64,000 bases of DNA from Camelus ferus (lineage: Eukaryota). Position numbers and translations under genes: made by a program. Positions 54,125-64,000 of this stretch are shown piece after piece. The first letter of the stretch is position 1; each line of letters begins with the position of its first letter. The stretch covers positions 78,122,001 to 78,186,000 of the forward strand of contig NC_045696.1 of assembly GCF_009834535.1 (NCBI RefSeq), in the 5' to 3' direction. Below the pieces are notes generated by a model, which searched no databases, was not told the origin of the DNA, and saw only the letters and a program-made list of their open reading frames with translations.

Positions 54125-54710
54125 AGGGGTATTACGGTTATGTGCCAACTAGACCAGGTCACAGGGTGCCCAGAATTTTTAGCTAACCATTATTCTGGGA
54201 TGTGTCTGTGAGGGTGTTTCTGGAGGAAATTAGTATTTGACTTAGTAGGCTGCCTAAAGAAGACTGCCCTCAACAGTGTAAGCAGGCATCATCCAATCCA
54301 TTGAGGGCTTAAATAAAACACAAAGAACTCACTCTGACAGGTTGAGTTGGGACACTGGCCTTTTTCTGGTAGGACTAAAACTTACAACATCAGCCTCCCT
54401 GGTTCTCAGGTCTTCCAGCTTGGACTGGAACTGTACCTCCAGTTTTCTGGGCCTCTAGCTTGCAGACAGCGTATGTGGGACTTCTCAGCTTCAGTACCAC
54501 ATAAGCCAATTCCGTATAATAAATATCTTTCACCCTCTTGTCTCTCTGTCGCTATGTGTGTAAATTTGCACATACGTGTATATGCATGTGCATTTATATG
54601 TATATGTATGTGTGAATATTATCTGTATCTATCTATTTCTATATCTACATATATGTATGTATCTATATCTCCTATCAATTCTGCTTCTCAGGAGAACTTG
54701 GAATAACACA
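54125..54710 (+). mobile_element. ERVL solo LTR, MLT2D-like
   Basis: 'tatgtgccaactagaccaggtcacagggtgcccaga', 'gtgtctgtgagggtgtttctgga', 'gcatcatccaatccattgagggc', ending 'ggagaacttggaataacaca'. Confidence 0.88.
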
Positions 54711-55649
54711 GTGGGATATAACAGGTCATTTAATTTGAAATATCTTTTTTTTTCAGCCTGAAAACAGCAGTTATGGAGGTAAATCTCCCCTTCTTTTCTG
54801 GAGGTCAGCTGTACCCAACTAGGTTTGTGATCACATGAGAAGTTGTCAATTATTGAAATTAAGTGAGAGCTAGTTCCAGAAATCCTCAAGCCAATATTCT
54901 GGAAGAATAGACAAACTTTTAGTAGCTTAACAAAGAGTAAGATTTAGTAATTCAATCAGTATATCTCATCATTGAATAACATTTAAAAATAACACAAAAA
55001 ACATAGGATACACCAAATGATTTATTACATCATATTCTAGAGTCACATTTTTTATACTTTCCAAAGCCAGTGAGGAGTGATTTCAACATAGTGTTCAAAT
55101 AAAAAAGCAATGTAGGGAATAGCACGCATAATCAATCGTTGATCATGTCATATGTAATTCAATAAATCACATATTTCACCTTCAAATAATGAACTTCAGT
55201 CATACAAGAAATTATTAATACTATCTTCCTTGAGGTAGAAGAACTACTTATCTCAAGATCAGCCTGAGAATAAAGAACATGGAGTCTAACATGCTTCCAA
55301 ATGAGTATGGTCTCATTTTAAATCTATGATTCACTTCAGTATTTTACTCCAGTATTGGGATCACATCAAAATGCTGAAAAACACTCCCTCTTGACAATCG
55401 ATTTAATTGAGAAACATGAACCCTGAGTTTAACAACTTCAAATGGTCTTTTACTTCACCTCCTTGAACAAGTCTGACTTTAATTCACTGCTTAATTATCA
55501 CCTACGAAAAGCCTAGAATATTTCTAGAAAGATGTATTCCACATTTTTCCCCTCAAATTTTGCCAAATTTTAAGCCGCACTATTTTCCTTGTCTCTTAGC
55601 ATATATTTCTTTGCTTTTCTGAGTTACTGTATTATCTACACCTCTTAAG

Positions 55650-55830
55650 TAAATTGTTCTCAAACTTGGGTACACATTGTTATTTGGGCAGCTTTAAAAA
55701 AAAATTCAATATCTGTGCCCCACCCTCAAATAGTCTGATTCAACTGATCTCAGATGAGGTCCAAGGATCTGTATCTCTAGAAAGCTTCTCAGGTAATTCT
55801 AACATGCAATCATTGGGACACACCATCTAG
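55650..55830. mobile_element. MER5A/B-like MITE
   Basis: 'gttctcaaacttgggtacacatt...gcagctttaaaaaa...gccccaccctca...tctgattcaactgatct...aaagcttctcaggtaattctaacatgca'. Confidence 0.75.
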
Positions 55831-56204
55831 AGCCTCTAAATGCAAAACTTATAAACACCTAGAGAAACAGGAACTCTTAAGACATCAGTAGGAATAATAA
55901 TTCATGTATGACATAGCTGTATTCAAGACCCTGCTTAAAACAAATAAAAAAGGATACTAAGAAGAGAAAACAAAAATCTGCTATACATTTGAAGTACTAA
56001 GAATCAATTCCCAGCATAAAGATCATCATTCATCTTACTCTCCTCTTCATTTATAACCAGAAGCTTCCTGAACTACTCTTGCTGGGTAAGACTCCATAGT
56101 TTCTGTCTGTAGCCAGCCAGGTTTGTTTCCTCACTTTGAGCCTTAACACATCAGTTGCTAAAGTTCAGAGACACGGGTGGATGCCTGGTGAAGAAGCCAG
56201 TGCC

Positions 56205-56384
56205 ATGGGTAACTGCTGCAGCTACTGCAAACCCCAGGCACCCAGCAGCCAAGGTGCACCTACAAGACTTGAGCGATTCTCTAACCTGGTGGTTGTACGC
56301 TCTGGGGAGCTTCAAAAAATTGCTGATCCCGAGGCGCCACTGCCGCAGAGGTCCGAGGTGGGGTTCAGGCACCTTCTGTTTTGA
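56205..56384 (+). CDS. Candidate 59-aa smORF (or first coding exon) beginning MGNCCSYC; unverified
   Basis: Strong Kozak gccATGG; MGxxxS myristoylation pattern with Cys4/5/8; lies in a unique GC/CpG-enriched patch; no homolog recognised. Confidence 0.2.
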   Translation: MGNCCSYCKPQAPSSQGAPTRLERFSNLVVVRSGELQKIADPEAPLPQRSEVGFRHLLF

Positions 56385-56904
56385 AACCTTTCCAAGTGTT
56401 TGTTATGTGCAGCCAGAATAGAGAACCAGGGACTCAGGTGGGTTTGAAAATCCTGAACGTCACGTAAACATAGCCAATTTGTAACACACCCATGCTAACA
56501 AAATCTGAGGGACTCCTCCTCACTCACACACCTTTGACTTTCCTTTCTGACATTCCTTCCCTTACTGTTATTCAAAGGTTGCTCTTACTCATTTTGGACT
56601 TATTTTAACTTCATAAAGTAACAGGGATTTGAAGTAAGCAGAGTACTGTGGAGTTGCTATGAATTCTCTAACTCAGAGTGGCTTTCATCAGAGGTAAAGA
56701 GATATCTGGGACTCTGATCCTTCTGTTATATTTTGTGTAATTTATCTTGATTCTCAATTCTTTACAGTTTAGGTGTCAAAAAATACCCTCCATTGCTCCT
56801 GAGAAGTGAGAAAAACATAGCAAATGTGATGACAAATTGCAAGGCTTCTTCCTTTTCTTCTCAACTACCCAGGTGCAAAAGTGACCTTATTTTTATCTAT
56901 GATA

Positions 56905-57160
56905 TTAATAGTAATGAAAGCGAACACACATACATGCTATTATTATAGAGCACCATGTACCAGCACTGTTCTAAACACTTTGCATATATTAATTCATTTA
57001 ATCTAATAACAACTCAATAACAAAGTAATATTTTACATCCATTTTGTAGATGACAAAGAAAGGCATGGGGAGGTTAAGTAAATTTCTCAAAGTCACCTAG
57101 TAAGTAAGTAGCAATCACTCCTTTAAAATCTGTGTTCTTAGCTATGATGCTACACTACCT
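56905..57160 (-). mobile_element. MIR SINE
   Basis: 'gagcaccatgtaccagcactgttctaaacactttgcatatattaattcatttaatc...ccattttgtagatgac...aggcatggggaggttaagta'. Confidence 0.85.
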
Positions 57161-57589
57161 CTGTGAGAATGAAGGCTTGCCTTCCTAGGGTAGACAGATG
57201 ATTTACCTTATTGTAATGCTTATAATAAATGGATTCAATCTTCATAGTCTAGTGGGATAATGCAACAGAAACAAAATTTATGTTTTATAATATTTTTTCC
57301 TAGTGATGAAGGTATCAGAAAAATTACCTTGAAACCACTAAAGGCATCCTCTGGTCCTCAGAAAAAGGAATGTGATATTGGAATCAGCAAGGAACAAGCT
57401 GTTAGAAAAGTCAGTCACTTTGCAGACTCCTTTACACAGGGAGTCACTTTGAATAAATTCAGTCAAACCCCTTCAGAAGAGTTGGTTAAAAAGAGTATGG
57501 AAAGTTCAACAAATTGGGGAAAGAGATGAGAGTAACAAGGTTTCCACACTACTCGGTAAAGTCTAATTGTTCTAAGCTTTAGGACTGAT

Positions 57590-57880
57590 TTAAAAATTTT
57601 CATCAATCAATGACAATTCACTTCAGTGAACAGCCTCTGAAAGCCAACCAGTCAATGACAGCCTCATCCTTGGAAAGTTAGCCAATGAGCAGTAACTCAC
57701 TCCAGTGCAAAAGCGTCTAAGTCCTCCTTAACCTACCCCCAAGTTTGTAATTCATATGCCAATGATCTAAATGAGATTTAAGTTTGCTTTGCTCAGTAGG
57801 ACTGTGCCTAACCAGTGTAACTCTTCCTTACTCTACTTTTTTGGTTTCAGATACTGAGTAGTGATCTCTTCTCTCAGTAG
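57590..57880 (+). mobile_element. Probable ERV LTR fragment (MER110-like)
   Basis: Repeated 'agccaaccagtcaatgacagc...agccaatgagcag' U3-like motifs and 3' 'ttcagatactgagtagtgatctcttc'; family assignment from memory only. Confidence 0.4.
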
Positions 57881-60189
57881 AGGATGCAATTAAGTGTTTT
57901 TTGTTTTAGAAGTCTAAAATGTAATGGTCTTTGAACCCTAGATTTCACCAAGCAACAGAAGTTTTAAGTGTACCACACACAGTAAGTGACATCTAGCACT
58001 GAGACAGTGACCCTATGGTAAAGTGGCACCTATGGACAAAGTTTCATATGTGAGCCAAAAAGCTACATCTGAAGATGGGTCCTCCTCCTCCATGAGGACA
58101 TGTGCCCTGGGCATAGGGCAACCTCTGCTGTTAGACTGAGAAGGTTCAGTTGTTCTTGCATGGAATCAAGGTAGCCTGGAAATGGCTCTCAGTGAGGGAA
58201 GCCTCACTGCATCAGAGAACACTTTGTCAGAAGGGTAGTCTAGTGTTCAACACTGACATGACATAGTGCAGAAAAGCAACAGCAGCTGGAGAGTGAGTGG
58301 AATGGGCTCCCATTTCTTTGCCCATCTTGGTGGAAAAGCTAGACACCTTTTGAATCATGTAAACCTTTAAGGTTTAGGGAAGTGCAGCAGGAAGGAGATC
58401 TTCAAAAGGTAAGCAGTATATTTCCTGTGAATGAGGCATGCAGGTTCTCAGGCAATCAAATGGAAAAATAAAAGAGATACGCCATGTGTTTGCACCTCAA
58501 GCTTGGAAGAAAGTTTATCCTTGTGAATGTGTGATTTCTATTTAGTAATAAAATCTCATGGCTTCTTCTCAAAGAGCCCTTACCTGGGATCCTATTTAGA
58601 TGTGCTAGAATTTACATAATGTATAAATTCTTGAATATTCATATTATTTTCCTCATCACCACCAAATCCTTGTTCTACTTCTATATATTTTTGATCAGTT
58701 TTCTTTAATTTTCCCTAGCAATTAAGTACCAACATATGAGTATTAGAGTCCTAGTTTCTCGTGTACCATTGTAGAAGGAAATCATCAAAGACACCCTAAC
58801 TTTTTATTCACAGTATTTTGATGGTTCAAATCATGGAACAAATTTGTATTAGGTTTAGTTTACCATGGGTTGCCCTGTTAGAGACAAAAACAAATAACTA
58901 GTTCCATGATCCTAGAAACACGGCTAAATGTTGCTATGTGTATTATAGAAATTTCAACCTCATTGTGTTATTTATATGCCAATCTTCCTGTTCAAAGTTT
59001 TAGAAATCACTGCTGATAACTTTCTACAATATAGCCATACTTATAAAGTCTTAATCAAAGAAAATCCAGCTTATACTAGACTAGTAAGGCATTACCCTAC
59101 TGACACCAGCTATTAAAAACTATAAAGAGGACATTACTTTTAATCTGTTGAATAATGAACAAGAATGGTGGTAATAAACATTAGTAATTTTATTTTATAC
59201 TAAAGTTAGAAAATACACTTGGTAATTATTTTGTTTAATTTCTCTGATGTTAACTGTGTCTAAAAGGTAATAAACACTGAATAAACGTCAGTATTTGTTA
59301 TTTTATTACTGTTACTATTAATTTTCAGCCTTTGACTTGATGTGAGGCAAACGGATAATACTTTATGTGCACACTTGACAAGATTAAGACATTTCACCCT
59401 TTTAAAAATATATATTTTTTGGCATAGGTTTTGTAATTCACACAATACATGGAAGAGTGGTATAATGTATATATAGAATGTACAGTCAAATCATTACTAT
59501 GTCATTATTTATCTTTAGGTGATTTTTTTGTTTCTGTGATGCTCAATCAAAAAAGCATGACAATTTCTGACCAAGAAGTAGTCTGATCTAAGTTCACATT
59601 AAAGTAATCTCATGATAGTTTACCCTCTAGAAAACAAACTATTTGCTATGAATTAAAAGACAATTCCCAGTCTATAAGACGATTAATAGGATGCTAATGG
59701 AAGACAAGCCACTGCCTGTAAAGAAGCCAGCCTACAGGCCAGAACTGCTGAATTTGACCAGAGCCGACAGCAGCCCAGACTGACCAACATGGAACCAATC
59801 AGTGGTAGGTCAGCAGTGCCTAAGGTGGCTGCCTATTCAGCCAGGCGTTTGTAGCTGCTTGATGATCAGGGACTTGAAAACTCACCCTGGCTCCTTCAGG
59901 CCCCTGACTGCATGTCACTCATAATGTGCAAAGAGGTAAACGAGAGGACGAGCCTGCCAATGCAGACACAGTTCTCACAGTCATTGGGCTGGGACATCCC
60001 TACTCTAACTCACTACGGTAAGCTCGAACGCATGAGCAGAGAGCCACATAAGGTGCTTAGTCTCCAGGTGTATCTCTTTTTTAAAAATATGCCTCATTGT
60101 TTAAACAAATTTTGAATTTGAATTCTGTCTAATAGAATATTCACTCTTCTTTAGCCACTGCCTCTACCACTAATTTTTATTCACAGATT

Positions 60190-60370
60190 CCCTCATTTTC
60201 CTTATTTACTTGGCTCTGAAGGCATTTGAATTTATAATTCCTGTGACTAACCTGTAAACTACATGAGGGCAGGGATTACGCCAGTTTCATTCACTAATGT
60301 ACATTTGGCAACTACCAGAATACCTTACACATTGTAGGCTATCGTTAATATTTGATGAAGCAAAGAATGT
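60190..60370 (+). mobile_element. LINE-2 3' end
   Basis: 'ctgtaaactacatgagggcagggattacgcc...ttcattcact...tgtaggctatcgttaatatttgatgaa'. Confidence 0.75.
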
Positions 60371-63300
60371 AAAAACCGATACACGGCAGCCTTGTATTCA
60401 GATCTCCAGAGTGAGCAGCAGAGAAGTAAAATTTGTAATGCCCACCCTGGCATTACACGTAAGATTACATATATGATACATATACATACATGATCCACCC
60501 TGATCATATTTATATTCCTTAAAAATGACCATTACTTGTTCCCATGAACTCTGGCAAACAGAGGAAATTAAAACAGGCAATCTAAACCTGTTACTATGAG
60601 ACCAAATTATAAATCTCAGTTTCTGAGTCCTGGAGGTCAGGGCTACCAAGAGACTCTAGACCGTTATATTTGTGGGTACACTTGGTGTATAACATATTGC
60701 TTCTAAAAGACAAACAACATATAGAAGCACCGACACCTGTCATATCCTTTTAAATAATAATCTGTCTCAGAGAGAGAGAAAAATAGGGAAAGGGGATTCT
60801 TAACAGCTAAGATAAACAAAGCTAGGACAAACACCTTTCACTGGTACAAAATCTGACAGTCTTATTTATGAGTGGCTCCAGAACAGTGTGAATCCAAGAG
60901 AGGTTACTATCATCAACTTTTCCTTGAACAGGCTAGCCTCTGAATTTTTGGCACCTCGGTCAATGGCTTTTGAACAGGAACTTAGGAACAACAAAACATT
61001 TTCATCACATCCTGTATGCTCTTTTGAAACCTTTCTATTGCTTAAAAACACAAAATGATTCTTAATCTCAATGTTGCATGTGATCCAAAAATTTCATCTA
61101 CAAAACTGGGAAAACATATGCCGACAGGGAAGTACAAAATGACTATCTCTTACTAATACCTGCAGTAGGAGCATGAGAATGACTGTGTAAGACAACTTTT
61201 CCCTTCTCTCCAAATAATTATGGCTCTCTAGAATTCAGCATCTGTGCTGCCAGATGTTACTGTCAAACACGCAAGCAGTGGGTTTGAGCACTGCACCAAC
61301 CTGGCTAGCTGCCAAGAGTCTTTGAATACCTCAGCAAAAGCAGGTGGCTTTCTGGAGTCCCAAGATTTTAAGCACCACACCACACGAATCGGTTCCATAC
61401 GGAAGAAATGGTTTCTCTCACGATGGATTGAATGTGTTCAGGTTCAAGCTACTACTTTGGTGCTACGGACTCACACTTTTATAGCTATGTTTTAAGTGGA
61501 AGAAATAAAAACTCAAACCTTTAATATCCCTAATAAAGAAAGGAAAACAATTATCAACTAAAATATGTTACCATTTTCCCTCAAATAAATAATATCTTGC
61601 TGTCATGGCAACTAACCCAATGATTTTATAAGAATGGGAAGAGAAAAAAATTTTTAAGAAAAAGATAAAATGTTAATGTTTTAGGTAGGCTGTGAAAGGT
61701 TAGCTACATAATGCAGTCAGTGCGTCAGTGTTAGGGAGACATTAAAATGTCGATTAGGAGTTGCAGCGAGTTTTAATAAACTGCTTCATAAAATTAGATG
61801 CAATTCTTAAAATTCTTCCTTTTTGATGTAAAAATAGGCTTCCGTTTATGAAATGATAGATCATAGTTCCACTTTTGTCTTGAGTAAACTGAAAGTTGGT
61901 AATCACAAAAAAGTTTGAAGAAATTAAATGTAAAATATTGATCTTTCACTAAGATTTAGACTTAATTGCTTTTTTTAACTCTAAATTTAGTTCAGAAGAT
62001 ATCTGTTGACCTTCTTAAGAGAATGTCTCAGGCAAAATCAGTGCTTCTACCTAGAAAGATCTGCTTAAATGTAAATAATTTGAGAACTACATTAAAATTA
62101 AGCTACTTACTTTATGTGCATTTTTGTGATTAAATAAGTGCTCCATTTCAGACTTTGGAAGAAGAGTATGTATCTGCATAATGCCAGTAAATCATAATTT
62201 AATTACATTTGGTGAAAAAAAATTTTTTTCAAAAAGGGAAAAATCAAACCAGCACTTTTGCACACAGAAAGCAAATAAGTAATTAATTGATTTTCCTACT
62301 ATTATTTTGTCATCAACTAGTTACATAGAAAACACACACACACACAATGGAGGAAAATAGTAGCCAGATCTTTTTTCATTATTTGTCTATTATGTTCATG
62401 TGACTGAAGCCATTTATTCTTCAAAATCTACGCCATCCTGTGTACTGTTAGTAATACATGTGTTATGCTCAACTCTGCAAAGTAAGGTAAGTAAAACTCT
62501 GAGCTTCATTTCACCTCTATTTATCTGTATTTTTCTTCTGCCTTCTCTCTGCCTTCTCTCACTGCTAATTATTCTGGCTGGCCAGTTACTTATTAGTCCC
62601 ACCAGAGGGCAGACAGGGGAAAGCTCAGACTAAAATCTCAAATAAGCACAATACTGACATTTATTCATTTTTCTACCAATGGGAGGAGATATTTGATGCT
62701 TCTTTCAGACCATTTTGCGTAGCTTCCCATAGTCATCCCACCTCTGGGTACACTAGAGACTCTCCTCATGATCTAATAATTATCTAGAATACATTTGAAT
62801 GGAACTGAGTTTAGTTTGTGTAAAAAGATTATTTAAGAGTCAGACATACATCAGCCAAATTTAAAATTCAACACAGTTCATAATAAACCAATAGGGAGAC
62901 TTCAACTGGTGAGATTTTTCACTATCCTGTGGGAAGCATGAATCATACTTATTACCAAATACAGTATGTGTCACATTTTCTACAATGAGAATTCTGACAA
63001 AGGTGAAAACAGAAAATTATGTTAATCCAATCCGTATGCTACAAAAACGTATAAAACAATTTCCACATCCACAGGAGTCAGTCAGTACTTGATTCTAGCT
63101 ATAGGTCTGAAATAATAAAAAGCTTTAACAGCAATTTTATTATATTCATTAAAAGACAGGATTCCTTTCAACTTCAAAATTCTTTGAAATAGTAGGGAGG
63201 ATTGTTCCAGAATATATTTTTTAAGAAATTTTAAATACTATAATTATAAGGAACAGTAAATCATTATTGCCAAAATAATTAATTTTGTGCAAAATTAATA

Positions 63301-63691
63301 GGAAGTACACATTTTTGCAATAGCATTAATAATTCAGGTGAAAAACTACTGAGGAGTTTCATGAGAGTAATATAAGATTTAATGCTTTGGTATCAGTAAG
63401 TTAGCAAAGAATGAACTACTTCAGTACTATGTCTAAACTGCTTTATCTTTGAGCCCAGATTTATAAAACAGGCTCAAGAAAGGTCAAAGCAAAGAAAAAA
63501 ATCATTTTCTTTCTGTTAGGTTTCATTCACTGTCAAACCCACAGAAACTTTAATTCTGAAAATAATCTGTTCAAAGTCCTTAACATCTAGATCTGCTGGT
63601 GGGTTTGTATTTGTTGAATGCCACCACTAAGTAGGTACACTGGGAGATAGAAATGTCTCGAAATCTAACTGAACATATATGAGCAACTTAC

Positions 63692-63831
63692 TAAATTAAA
63701 AATCCAGGTAGCCAAAAGTATTAGCACATCAGTGGACACAGCTGATACTGCCTTACAGGAGGTGAACGGACACCGGTTTACAAGGGTCATTCCAACATGG
63801 TATATATCGGCTACAGAAATGTTGCCACCAC
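63692..63831 (-). CDS. Candidate internal coding exon, 140 nt, product unknown
   Basis: Acceptor ccccttcctgttcatttag|, donor TTA|gtaagt; one open frame GGNISVADIYHVGMTLVNRCPFTSCKAVSAVSTDVLILLATWIFNL; several CpGs in otherwise CpG-poor DNA. Confidence 0.3.
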
Positions 63832-64000
63832 CTAAATGAACAGGAAGGGGTGCAAGGCAACCACCTTGCCTATTGGCCAAGACTAGATCCTCCAGAATCC
63901 TTCTCTCTCCAAAGATGAATTCAAAGATTTAAAATTTAGTAAGTATGAAAAAATGCAGTAAGTTAAGGGAAGGAGAGCATGGTGACGAATAAAGAGAATT

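Noticed and set aside
57260..57529. 89-aa plus-strand ORF
   Set aside because: No recognisable homology or donor site, and it adjoins probable LTR-derived sequence.
60325..60507. Minus-strand exon-like ORF
   Set aside because: It overlaps an L2 3' end and has stops in all three frames between the candidate splice sites.
1..64000. CRISPR array, operon or other prokaryote-type system
   Set aside because: No repeat-spacer arrays or long ORFs; the content is typical mammalian non-coding DNA.

Overview
AT-rich, repeat-dense eutherian genomic DNA, intronic or intergenic. It is most likely camelid: there is a short tRNA-Ala-derived vic-1-type SINE with a 19-bp TSD and cetartiodactyl-type LINE-1 3' ends, and I saw no BovB/Bov-tA, PRE-1 or Alu. 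Much of the window is decayed transposon: about 13 L1 fragments (most on +), L2, MIR, MaLR/ERVL/ERV1 solo LTRs, and hAT MITEs (MER5, MER58A, MER91A). I can recognise no known protein-coding gene, RNA gene, CRISPR array or multi-gene system. Most tracked ORFs are L1 ORF2 remnants or chance ORFs. The best leads are: (1) a strong-Kozak 59-aa smORF starting MGNCCSYC, a dual-acylation signature, in a unique CpG-containing patch at ~56.2 kb; (2) a few unidentified exon-like segments; (3) an L1 with a 5'UTR but no ORF1; (4) a twin-priming 5'-inverted L1; (5) several enhancer-like motif clusters. Repeat subfamily names come from remembered consensus sequences, and boundaries without TSDs are approximate.
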